Positions 13,061 to 26,129 of a DNA stretch of 64,000 nt are shown piece after piece. This DNA is from Eledone cirrhosa. Its lineage: Eukaryota. The number at the start of each line of letters is the position of its first letter. Within the stretch, counting starts at the first letter, position 1. The DNA lies in NCBI GenBank assembly GCA_964016885.1, contig OZ024740.1, positions 382,602,001 through 382,666,000 on the forward strand, read 5' to 3'. The position numbers and the translations under genes were made by a program. Under the pieces are notes generated by a model. That model saw nothing but the letters and a program-made list of their open reading frames with translations. It did not search any database and was not told the DNA's origin.

Positions 13061-14634
13061 CCTTGGCATGAAGGGTCGTGTCCTATTTTCAATGCCTAGT
13101 TCATACATTACATAAGAGGCATATGTATTCAATGATCTCAGGTGGAGGTTACTGTCCAGAGCCAACTCTTACACGGGAGGACGCCGTCCGTGCAATTTAT
13201 GCTCGGAGGAAACTTTACAAATGTTGTTTTCGACGGACCAACTCCTAAACAAGAAAGACGAACTGGTAACTGCATGTAAACACAGATTGCGTAGGACTTA
13301 CCTCGCCCTCAAACCCCATAATGACCCGGGGGGGTAGACTAGGGCTATAACACCCCACTTACCGATTTTGTAATGGATAACCCCTGCTTGCAAAGGGGCC
13401 TAAGATCTTCTTTTATATCTTTTTATCACTTTTTATCACAAAGGGACCTAAGATCTTCTTTTATATCTTTTTATCACTTCCTCTATATTTCCTTCTTCCC
13501 CCCATCCCTCCCTAGTCCTTCCACCCCAGTCCTCTTTCTTTGTCGTCGTCCTTTTACTTTCTCGCCCACCCGAGGCAGCCCCTCGGTCCTTTGTAGCCTC
13601 AGTACCCCCACCCCTTCCTCTATTCTTGATAGATTTGGCCGACGCCGCTTTTTATAGCAGATGTGTTAGACCCCGGATACTTGCCTTCTTATCGGATGGC
13701 TGCCCCTTTTCCGTGCTTTCTATATTTCTTAGTGGTATCTTTGCTTTAATTTCTCGTATATCAGTATGTTTTTTTTTGGGGGGGGGGGTTCTGAATTAAT
13801 TTTCCGTATCAAATTTTACATATACTTTGTACGAGCATTTATGTAGTTTGCACTAGAATTTTTGTATCGTGGCGGCACCCTTAGAGATAGAATTAGTTTT
13901 CTTTTTCGGGATTCTGAATTATTATTTCGTAATAGTTTTTTTTTTTTATGCACTGGGTGGTTACTGGCCTTGTGCCTGGGGTAGAAACCTTTATTTCGTA
14001 CTGGTCTCGGGACTCTGAATTATTTTTTCGTGGTAGTTTCTTTAGTATCTTGGCCCCCCACTTGTTGACCCGTCATCGTAAGATATATTCGGTTGTTTAC
14101 TTATACCTTCTAAAAGGGTCTCATTATAATTCCGTCCCACCTAGTAAACCTTTCTTTAGTCTAGCTGTACCAGTGAGAGACTTGATAGCTGTCCTTAGGT
14201 TATAGTAACCAGAAATAGTTTTTTTTTTACATTTATTTGTTTATTAACACTCTCGGAATTTCTCTATATATTTACCCCATATTGTTTTATTATAGTTTTG
14301 ACTTCCTCCCCCTCCCCCCCCCTAGTATCTTCTTTGACCTCATGCCCAGCTGTAGTTGGCACTATCAACGCACCACGACTGGGTTTCCTACACCCCCTCC
14401 CCCTCTTTCTTCTACTGGCAGGTTCAGCTACCCCTTCCCTCCACAAATTGCCATGATAGAATTATTATGTTTCAACAACAAACTTTTGACCATTCCTTGA
14501 GACAATCACTTTTACCATATATGGAATTACCCCCTGAGAAGCTCGGTTATTCAAATACCAGGATAAAAATGTTTATTTAGTCTAGAATTAGCCGTCGAAA
14601 CGGCCTGAGCTCAGCCGTCGGTGTCCTACTCGTT

Positions 14635-14640
<6 letters not shown>
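13061..14640 (+). mobile_element. Second, different Hydra-type PLE 3' end (GIY-YIG C-terminus + 1.3-kb 3' UTR)
   Basis: 13134-13338 reads DLRWRLLSRANSYTGGRRPCNLCSEETLQMLF...LLNKKDELVTACKH. Ends with an HHR 3' half, then (TA)n. Confidence 0.75.
14586..14627 (+). ncRNA. Hammerhead 3' half (5' core lost)
   Basis: AATTAGCCGTC-GAAA-CGGCCTGAGCTCAGCCG-TC. Homologous to the 63468-63580 palindrome. No CTGANGA upstream. Confidence 0.45.
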
Positions 14641-14716
<76 letters not shown>

Positions 14717-15127
14717 GTATTTATACATGTGTATACCTAATTGATCGTGAGCTAATTCATAACTTTCTGTCGTCAACAGGTGTAAGATTACTTCTACATT
14801 GTCACTCTGTTTTAATTTTAATTAGTTCGCAGCTAGTTATTTAGAGCGTTATAGTGCACAAGTAGGGATTATCATTGAGATTCTGAGGAAAAAATATGAA
14901 TAAATCTGTATTATAATCAAGAACTCTTCAAATTGATAAAAGATATACGGACCGAAAAAAGTAATTAGAAAATCGTCAAGGAAAATCGTTTTTGGAATCT
15001 AACGTGACGAAAGGAAAAAAGTGAGCTTTAAAGATTTCTTTCTCCCTCTCTCACGTTCTCTCTCTTATTCTCTCTCTCTTTCACCGCCTCTCCCTTTCTC
15101 TCACATTCATTTTCTCTCTCCATCTAA

Positions 15128-15207
<80 letters not shown>

Positions 15208-16124
15208 TGAGCTTTTTAATTGTAAAATACTATTTTGAGTTTCTAACTGAATCTATGATATATATATATATATACGTTTATGTGTATGTGTGTGTGTGTG
15301 TGTGTGTGTGCGTGCGCGTATGTGTGTGTGTGTGTGTGGGTGTGTGGGTGTGTGTGTATGTGTGCGTGTGTGTGTAAAGTGACCGTGTGATGTACGGGGA
15401 GAGAAGTAAGATTGAAGTAAAGAAAATCTGTGTTGGGGTTGAGATAGTGTGTTAGAATCTGTTTATTGTGCAAAGTTGAAATATAGGGAATTGGAGATAA
15501 ATCTAGATTTAGTAAAAGACAAACGCTGTGGGAATGAGAAAAAAAGAGATATAGTGATTGGCTATGAGTCACATAATGAATGAAAAAAAAAACAAGTATA
15601 TAAAATATATTAAAACCAATTTGACAAACGATTAACGAAAGAAAAATTAAAAGGGAATATTAAAAAGAAAATAAATAAATAAAATGATATGCCTAGAAAA
15701 GAGTAATTTAAATGAGAGTATATAAATTCCCAGGTAGATCCGGGTTCATTGAATTCACTAGATGCCTGCAGTGATATCTGCAGTTATATAGCGATAATTT
15801 TCTGAAAGAATATTAATCTAAGTGATTCGGTGTGAAATCATTGATTCTATACATGGAAAAATGAAAACGTCATTTTCTTTAGTTTAATTCTTGATCTGTA
15901 AATAAACACGTTCATATTGCAAATAATACAAAACAAGCACACTCACTCACTCCCACGTTTGTTTATACGCACGCACACACACACAAACATACAGTCACGC
16001 ACACATATATCTACATATATAAACTAGTAGATTACCAGTTACAAAAGATGGTGTACAGCGACCATGCCATGTCAAACTTAGTGGGTTTTATTACATAGTG
16101 GTGTTATAAACATTACATAATAAT

Positions 16125-16240
16125 TGTTTCTATTATTAATACAAGGTAGGCAATAATTCCAGTGCATTACTGGTACTTTATTTTATCGCCCGTAAGGATG
16201 AAAGGCAAAGATAATCTCGGCAGGATTTGAAATCGTTAGG
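16125..16240 (-). mobile_element. tRNA-derived SINE fragment
   Basis: TACTTTATTTTATCG...AAGGATGAAAGGCAAAG...CTCGGCAGGATTTGAA, as at 302-420. Confidence 0.5.
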
Positions 16241-16389
16241 CATTGCTTAATGATAATTGTAAGTTAGAAAGTTGACTTTTTACTAAAATAATCGGACGTA
16301 CACCTTCTCAATATAACCTCTACCTAATATCCCATTATTAAAAGAGGTATGTCGAAATGAAGTAACGTATGGGCACAGACTGCAACCTC

Positions 16390-16476
<87 letters not shown>

Positions 16477-16982
16477 TATATATATAAATACACACACCAC
16501 ACACACACACACACACACATGCACACACACACTTAATAGAAGGTATATGTGTTGCCAATGTGCCCCATCTAAAGTTATTGGGAAGTTTAAAATATTGACG
16601 CGCAAAGATACACTAAGGTTGAAACAGTAATTGAGATAGGAAAATGCTTACTTTTCCCCAACGCATTTTGTCCAGTCTTCTTTTTATCCTAATATTTTTA
16701 TACAAGAGAAAATTATAGATAACTCTGTCACATCGTGCGCTGGCGGTCACAATCTCCAAACCCAATATCCTCAATTCAGCTACGATCATATTCTTCATTC
16801 GAATACCTCGTGCATAACGGTAGATGTAGGCTGGCCGTATGACTAAGAAGTGCGCTTCTTAATCATATCAGTCCGGTATGTGTCCCATTGCGAGTCCTCA
16901 AGGTTGATTGAATTTGATAATAGAAACGAGTCGGCTCTAATCTTGTCAAAGAAATAGTCAAGGCTGAAACTATATTTAAGTC

Positions 16983-17053
<71 letters not shown>

Positions 17054-17925
17054 TGTGTCTGTGTGGGTGTGTGTGTGAAAATAAACATTGCTGTTTCTGA
17101 TCGAGAGGAAATGATAGTATATCAGAGTTAATAAAAAACGAGAAAACTCATCTCTAAAACAGCTGCTAAAACACCCAAATGTCAGCGATGGGCAAAAATA
17201 CCTCAGATGACACCGTAGAGGCCAGTGCTCGGAAGAGAGACAATCCAGGAAGTGGGTAACAGGCAGATTAAATATAGAAAAGAGTGAGAGTGGAAAAGAA
17301 CAAGAAGGTTGTTGGCAAATATAATTGTGTAGAAGAAGCAAATAAAGAAAGGCGATGTACAAGACAAGATCACAGACATATTTCAACATTATTAGCTCTC
17401 AAATCAGCAAAAAAGGTTAAGTACCTTGTAATTGAGAGTACCATTTTTAAAAAAATGATGTATCCTGCAACATAATAACAAATCTTTCTCAATAATTTGG
17501 GTATGGTGTGATAAGTTCAATGCGTTACTTAGGTCAACAATATGCCGGAATCCAAGTCCAATGTATGTTCCAAAGTATTGAGCTACTGATAGAGGAATAC
17601 GGTGTATGCCGGACAACATCATTAACATAAAATGAGGAACCAAGTTTATCCCTATTGAAAAATTTGGTTTCTCATTTTATGTTTATGTTCGTCAACGCAT
17701 AATTGTTTCTCAGTTGTACGTTTGAATTAAGTAACATATGTGTTAACAATAATGAAGAACCAGCCAGTATTCAGGAAGTTTACGTAATTCTATTTATTTT
17801 ATACGTATTTCAATGGTATCATTAGACAATTACTACTTATACTGCGATACACCCTAGTCGAGTAATCTGATTTTTCCCGCTCGAACACCAGTTGACTCAC
17901 ATACACGCACACAAACAGATAGATC

Positions 17926-17957
<32 letters not shown>

Positions 17958-17998
17958 TGTATGTATGTATGTATGTATGTATGTATGTATGTATGTAT

Positions 17999-18461
17999 AA
18001 CCTGTCAAAGGGCAAAGGAGCTCTTAAGAGTCAATGGCCATCCAAAATCACCGGGAGAGATGACCCCTTAGCCTTTGTCAAGGCAGAATTCTAGGAGAAG
18101 GAAAACTGTGATATAGCACCTGCAACCCTGATGGTATCCAATAATGTTGACGTGTTCTTCTTTTTGGTAAATATCATCTTGGTTAAGAGAGTGGGACTGG
18201 CTTTGTGCAGTGCCTTTGCTCACTATAAAAGCTTCACGGCACAGGCATTGCTTTATATCTGGAGATCTCTCTGCACTTGTCATCACAGGGTACAATGGGC
18301 CCAGCACTATGTGTCAGTAATTGTCACAAGTGTAGTGTTTGTACCAGAGTGTTCAAGTCGCTGGCTGCACTCAAAATCACACTTGTTCAGTGCATCAATA
18401 GGGGTTCTCCTATATGGATATAAAGTAGTGGCCGTACTCGAAAATGAGTTGGCAGCCACCA
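17999..18461 (+). mobile_element. Non-autonomous RTE-derived element (same family as the 52474-55460 array)
   Basis: High identity to the array units in reverse orientation. Preceded by (TATG)n. Ends GGCAGCCACCA-TGTATA. More diverged fragments at about 18480-18680 and 18845-19075. Confidence 0.75.
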
Positions 18462-18705
18462 TGTATATATATATATATATGTTAGTCGGGTCACTCTTGA
18501 GTGCTACTCGTAACATGTAACTCTATACAACCTGTCGCATGTTCGGGTCGTCGGCATCTAAACCGGCAACCCAACCCAATTTACTTGGTGAGGAGGGTGA
18601 ATGTAAACAATCTGCAGGACGAAAAACAAAACCCGACAAATGGGGGAAGAAATCATAAAAGTCAACGGCTATCCAAACTTGTGTAATTATGTATATACAA
18701 ATTAC

Positions 18706-18790
<85 letters not shown>

Positions 18791-19153
18791 CATATTTACA
18801 TATATACGCGGGAACATAGAAACAATCGGGTTGGTTACCCAATTGCGCGGTTAAACCACTGGGAGTGAAGGACCCCTAGCCTTTGTCAGGACATTCTTCT
18901 AGGAAAAGACGACTCAGGAAGCTGGTAGATATAAAACCTACGGCTCAGTAGTTACCGATAATGTTGATCTTCTCTTCTTTTCCTGTTATATCTACTGTCG
19001 CTCAGAGAGTGGGATTGGCTCAGTGCAGAGTATTTCCTCTCTTTAAAAACATCTTTACGCACAGGTATTGCACGATAGTTTTAATTGATAATTATTAAAT
19101 TAATAATGTTATTATATCATGCAATGGTCATACTCGATAATGAGGGGCGCAGC

Positions 19154-19284
<131 letters not shown>

Positions 19285-19303
19285 ATAAATACATATATAT
19301 GTG

Positions 19304-19334
<31 letters not shown>

Positions 19335-19347
19335 ATATATAAATATA

Positions 19348-19434
<87 letters not shown>

Positions 19435-20110
19435 CTTTAAGTCGTTTGGAAGCCTCGACAATGCAAATGGGTAAATCTCCGGGTAACAAGGTCCGGTGGT
19501 GGAGAGAGAGATGTAAGTGGGTGTACGTTGAGATGCGTGGTGTGTATAAGATGTGGGAGATGTGTAGAATGAAGGGAAGAGTATAAAGGATAAAAATAAA
19601 AATAACAACACAAGAGAGAGTTACCTTGGGAGAGATTTAATAGTCCCTATATATTTCGGATTCCCATCCATCAACTGGGGTTTTTTTCCGGGGTGGAGGA
19701 AAAGTTTTTCTGTCGGACAAGTCCGGAACGCGTCTTTCGCTGTTTGTTGTTTTGAATATCTGAGGTATTCGGCAGAGCGCGCGTGTGCGTGAAATGGGGT
19801 CGGTCGTACAGAGGTCAACGGCCGAATGAGGGAGTGGGATGGCGCTAGCTGTCAGTCCATTCTCTGCCTGTTTGTTAAATGTTACTGTGTGTGTGTGTGT
19901 GTGTGTTGTTGTCTTGCTTGAGTGTGTGTGTGTGTGTTGTTGCCTTGTTCATCTGTATTGGCAGTGTAGTATGTTCGTATGGTGGAATGCTACTGTGTGT
20001 GTGTGCGTGTGTGTGTGTAGTTGTCTCGTTTGCGTGTGTGTGTGTGTGTGCGTGTATTGTGTGTTGTTGCATCGCTTGTTAACTTAAACCAGCCATTTCA
20101 TTTCGCTTCT
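19435..20110 (-). mobile_element. Possible non-coding PLE pLTR with degenerate HHR-like motif (19645-19680)
   Basis: Minus strand: CCC-CAGTTGA-T-GGAT GGGA ATCC-GAAA-TATA-TA-GGG, then about 200 nt ending in (TA)n. The core deviates at positions 4 and 6. Confidence 0.35.
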
Positions 20111-22035
20111 CTCTGATCGGTTGTTTATTTGCGGTTGCAGTCGTTTGATAAAAAGCGCTTCCTTGATACGTAATGTGCCGACGTTTCTTTCAGTCGCTAG
20201 AATTGTGACAATGGGCCTTCCGTCTTTGTTTCCGCATTTGTCTATGTGTTTCCGGAAAGACGTAATAAAAAATAGAACATTTGTAATGAATGTATATTTA
20301 TTTAAATGCTTAACATGTGCCCTAAAAAGTTCGAAGCAAACACAATTACAACATACACGGCATTGAACATATATTTTCAGTTAGTAGAAACATGTTAAAC
20401 ATAATGTTAATATGAAATGAACTTCATACACGGCTCAGATATATTAATAGCAGATGTCAGGCCTTGTTCTCATTATATGTAAAATCCTTTACGAAGTGAG
20501 GCATAAATTAATGTATATATTAGATTAACTTCATGAGTTATATTATGTTTTGGCTCTAACTATGACCAATTATAGTTTCCTAATATACGTGTATATGATG
20601 ATCTAGTTGGCATTTTGATAGTACGGAATACATTAACGAGTACATGTTCGTGTATACCTCAGGCTTTCTAGATTGTGTGATGAAATCCTACAGGGAGTGA
20701 TTTCATGTTTGATAAACAAGAATCAGCAAGCTATTTTGATATATGAAATTAAATTTCAGATTGCTCCTCTGTAAATGTGTGACCTGATGTCAAAATATGA
20801 AAACAATATTCATAATATCTAGTGCTACACATTCTATTCACAATATTTAGCTTGTTTATATCTTCAAAACAGTTATTAATTGTATCGAAAGAATTCTGAT
20901 CTACCGGTAGCAATAATAATTCTTGATAAGAGTTATTTAGAATTATAGCATGGTAATTATTGCTGCTGTGTAACCATATATTAACAATTCTATGTGTAAA
21001 ATTATCGTTGATGAAAGCTTTCTTTGAATATTTTCAATTCTGATAGGGATTACAACTTATTGAAAAGACACATGTAGATTACTAATAATGTAGATAATTA
21101 GATTTCTCACCATGAAATAATTATCTAATTCTAAAACTTTCTGTATTATATTCGCAGCGAGATTCTTAGACCTGCGCAACACAGAACATTGCTCTCATTT
21201 TACTTATTGTCAAACAGAGCGGACCCATATACAATTGTGCTTAAACACATACATATATCAGCAGGGAATGTCTGTAAATTGTAAGTCACCTGCGATGAGG
21301 AGCAATTAGCTTTTGAGATAATGTGTTAGTTTAATACTCTCATACTTAGTGTATTTAATTAAATTTCCGGAAAGAACTCTATTGTCTAATCTATATATAT
21401 ATTTAAAATTATGTCTATGTTAGTAGACTAACTACAAATACATACAAACTCAAAACTGGTGATACAATTCTAGAATATCTATGAAAGCGTTAGAGAAAGA
21501 ATTTCTCTTGAAGAATCACACTTACATATATATATATAATCGGGCGAGTATTCTGTTTAGTGCGATGCAAATCGTTCAGTTAAAAATTGACATAGTTGAA
21601 TAGGATACAGATTCATAAAAGTATTTAAATTAAAAGTATCTAATAAAAAAAAAAAACATCCATTTTCTTAAAATTACTGTTAAATACGTTTTAAATATGG
21701 ATGTTATGATCGGAAAGTTTTCGTTGCTGAATTAGAATATTTGTTCGGCTACACAAGCGCATATATGGTAAAGTTGACGATATATTTAGAGGATCCTGAG
21801 ATTCTTTCGCATTAGGCATATTATTTATGCAAACTAATGAACTTAATGGAGTGGAATGGATGTATATGTAGATGTGATTTAACAAGTGTTTGCAAAATGG
21901 AATTGGGTGGAACTGAGCAGAAATAATGGGGTCTAAATTCGATGGAATACCGCCCACATAACCAAAATATATTGGAAGTTGAGGAAAGGAATATTCTGCC
22001 AAATTGGTCGGAATCTTGTTATGAAATATTACCCC

Positions 22036-22125
<90 letters not shown>

Positions 22126-22224
22126 CTTTCCCCTCCCCCCTCTCTCTCTCTTATATATATATTAATAACTGTTTCTACTTTAGACACAAGGCCAGCAATT
22201 AGCCAGTGCATTAATATATTAATA

Positions 22225-22545
22225 ACGACTTCATTTATACTATAAACGTGGTTTTGTCTTTGCGTGTAATTATATTTACGCTCCAAATAATGACGTATTA
22301 TCTTCGTTTTTTTTCTGTTCTTTGCCAGGGAACGTTCCCTCGATCCAAAGAATCGTTTTCCTGTCTTCCTTTGGTTGCAACGTTTTTCTAAATATGTTCT
22401 TCTGCGTTCACAGATTGATTTTTTTAGTTTCAGAAGATCCCGTTAAGGGTGAAAGCAGCTTAAACTTTAATCTGTTATTTTAATAAATATTTGCTCTACT
22501 GTTCTTATATATTTGATATATATTTATCCTTATCGAACCCTCTTT
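22225..22545 (+). mobile_element. Solo pLTR fragment of the 39200-40920 PLE family
   Basis: Reverse-complement homology to 39200-39480. Contains an HHR-like motif at 22426-22466 followed by AATAAA. Confidence 0.7.
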
Positions 22546-22573
22546 GGATGTTAGTCTTCAAATTTATTATTAT

Positions 22574-22634
<61 letters not shown>

Positions 22635-22705
22635 TATATTTATTAAGTTCGTTTGTTTGTCTGTCTCTCTGTGTATATATATATATATACATATGTATAT
22701 GTGTG

Positions 22706-22766
<61 letters not shown>

Positions 22767-22769
22767 GTG

Positions 22770-22817
<48 letters not shown>

Positions 22818-23354
22818 AATATATATATATGTATATATAAATTACAGATATAATCATAACTATTAGATGTATCACGCCTCCCTCTACTTAAGCAAATCAT
22901 CCTCCTGGGTGAATTAATAGTACTGGTTTTGTACAAGGATGGCCTAACGATAAGGGCTGACTTCCCGCTGGCGCACCTGAAGCCTGTAATACATTCCTAA
23001 AGTGCTCGGAAAAATTGATTTCCATATCTTTCCCTAGGCGACATCACTCGGAGTGGATGGGCTGCGTAAGCCTGTAGTCGCCGCATGCTGTTTGACTGCT
23101 AAACAAAGACATAATCTTTACTCTATAATACAATTTAAGTTTCTTCATAAAAGTCTCTTTCTTTGCTTAAACCTCGCAACCAAAACCTTTAAAATGTTAA
23201 ACTGTTTAACTTTCAATTTTCTAATTTCTTTAATTTTATAATGTTAATATTAAATATTAATTGTTTAACTTCATCCTATAAATCTAAACAAAAATGTAAC
23301 GTTCCAATCTTCTGCTCACACATTATAACATACTGACCCCCACTATATTTACCT

Positions 23355-23861
23355 CTGTTAAGATACGGGTCCCTTAGAATACATTTTTTTCGCGCCATTC
23401 CTGGCCTGACTGTTATCTGACATTAGTAACGACCTTTCTTCCTCTTTCTTGCTGTCTTTCTTCTTGTAGCTCGACATAAACCCTGACTTTTCTTCTTCTT
23501 TTTCTTCCTTCTCTTCCCCCTTTTTTCTGTCTTTTTTCTTGTGGCATGATATTAACGCTGACTTATCTTCCTCTCCCTTTTTGTTTTCCTCTATTTGACC
23601 GGTAGTAACTGTTAAGATACGGGTCCCTTAGAATACATTTTTTTCGCGACATTCCTGGCCTGACTGTAGACATTAGTACCGACCTTTCTTCCTCTTTCTT
23701 TCTGTCTTTCTTCTTGTAATTCGACATTAACCCTGACTTTTTCTTCTTCTTCCTTTTCTTCCTTCTCTTCTCCCTTCTTTCTGTCTTTTTTCTTGTGGCA
23801 TGATATTAACGCTGACTTATCTTCCTCTCCTTTTCTGTTTTCCTCTATTTGACCGGTAGTA
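23355..23861. repeat. Two-copy direct repeat, about 254-bp unit, pyrimidine-rich
   Basis: CTGTTAAGATACGGGTCCC... starts at 23355 and 23609. Both copies end GACCGGTAGTA. Lies just upstream of the HHR at 23995. Confidence 0.9.
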
Positions 23862-23994
23862 GCACACTATAAGCTTTAGCCCCCTCACTTGAGGGCGACC
23901 GACAAAAGTGGAAGATGCTAGATGGCGGTCGTCCTCCGGTCTTTGATTTTCAGCCCCATGAATTTTTCTATTATATTCATTTATTATATTTCGA

Positions 23995-24052
23995 ATACCT
24001 GATGATATCACCTGATTCATACGGAACCCGGTCATTGAAATGATCATAGTAT
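23995..24052 (+). ncRNA. Type I hammerhead ribozyme (U.U-closed helix II variant)
   Basis: ATAC-CTGATGA-T-ATCACC..GGTCAT-T-GAAA-TGATCA-TA-GTAT, with palindromic loop III. About 170 nt upstream of (TA)n. Confidence 0.8.
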
Positions 24053-24219
24053 AAAAAACCTTTCAATTTTTTACACAAGTCCAGCCTCCTGTTATTTCAT
24101 TATAATATTTAACTCCGTACTAGCATCACCAGCTACAAAAACGAAGACGGTTGAACTGCTTTACATTAAGATTGACCATACGTAATTGACCAGCTCTATC
24201 CAGTGGTGAACCTCAAACC

Positions 24220-24366
<147 letters not shown>

Positions 24367-25495
24367 TATCTTTCCTACTTATTTCTTCCGTCTTAGAACC
24401 GATGGTCACGGAAACCCTTGCATTAGAAGAATACATATTTAATGAGTGAACTATTCTATCGTGATTGACCGACTCAATTTGATGGGAAATGTATAAATAT
24501 TTAAAAGGATATATTTTGAAGGATGCATTGAATTATATTGTTCATGCCAGGAAAAATATGTGCGGGGCATGGATATGAAACTCCGATCAGAGGTCTAATA
24601 AATAAAGGTTGACCTTAAACAAAACAGCGACACATTAATATAGCATATTTGTTTTTCTTTAATCACATTGTTATATGATTTCCTTATAATACTTGCATAG
24701 TAAGAATTAGAATATTGTTGACGTTTTTGAGGCAGCTGCTAGTAATGAGTGTCATACCCTCAAAATAAATTCTACGTCGTTCTTAAGGTTCTCCAAACAT
24801 ATGTGTTTTATTTGACTATCTATCCCAGTTCAGTAACTGTTGTTTTAATGTATCATTACATACCAGCGCCGTAAATATTTATCCAATGAATAATAATTTT
24901 CTTTTACCAAACAAATGTAACTAATGTAAACATAGAAACTATTTTAAAAAATGGATGCAGGAATCTATATAATATAAATGAAATTTATTTATTAGTCCTG
25001 AAATATTGTAGATATAAAATAAATATGATTGTCTTCATTTAACATTTTTAGTTTTGGACTGTGGCTGTAGTAGGTCAGGTTTTGCTATCTAAGTTATAGA
25101 TGTTTACTTTGACTCCGGTAATTTCTATCGAAAAATTATTTATTTTATCTCCTCTTGAAAACAGATTTCAACCGGATTTGAATTTGAATAGTATATGAGC
25201 ATAAAGTGATGCCAAAAATAATTTACCAGAAGCGTACCATCTATCCGCTCTCCATATGTTAAATACAAAAATATAATTATGGAGCTTGTAAGTTTGATAA
25301 GAGTTTTCAGCTAGTTTTTATCAGTTAACATAGTTGGATTTAATGAGATCTGATTTAATGGTTTGCAAATATTGACGCCAAAGATTGACGGTGTAAACTT
25401 TAACTGGTTTCGTTTTTCTCGATTAACGACTCTTTCATAGTTACAATTCGTATTATTTATTTTTTGGCCAACGAGACATATATGTCTGGCCAACG

Positions 25496-25596
<101 letters not shown>

Positions 25597-25908
25597 TGTG
25601 TGTGTATATATACACAAATCAGAGTAATATTAAATATTATCCAATTACATGTATGAGAATAGCTCAATGTAAAATAACAAGTATAATGCAGAGCCGAAAT
25701 ACTTTATAAATAAAAAATCAAATAGTGTTTTAGAACATTTAGTTACTAACGATCGTTTCATCCAAGCACAAGGCCGTTTTATCGGAGTATAAATCACCGG
25801 TTAAACACAAATAAACTTGTCAAAGAACACTTTGAGGATACACAATATGGGAAGAAAGCATAAATAATAAATATAAGATTCATATAAGAATATAAGAGAA
25901 GAAAGCTT

Positions 25909-25966
<58 letters not shown>

Positions 25967-25969
<3 letters not shown>

Positions 25970-26060
25970 GGTATCCCCCAAAATGTACACACACTTCAAC
26001 AGTCTAATAATTATTGCCTATACAGTAATATCAAAGTATGAATACATTTTTGGGGACTCC

Positions 26061-26063
<3 letters not shown>
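25967..26063. mobile_element. Tc1/mariner-type MITE, 97 bp, in (TA)n
   Basis: TIRs CAGGGTATCCCCCAAAATGTA / TACATTTTTGGGGACTCCCTG with TA flanks. Confidence 0.7.
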
Positions 26064-26122
<59 letters not shown>

Positions 26123-26129
26123 CGGCGAT

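Noticed and set aside
16690-17350. Possible further LINE 3' fragments
   Set aside because: Only faint motif resemblance with many stops. Too weak to call.
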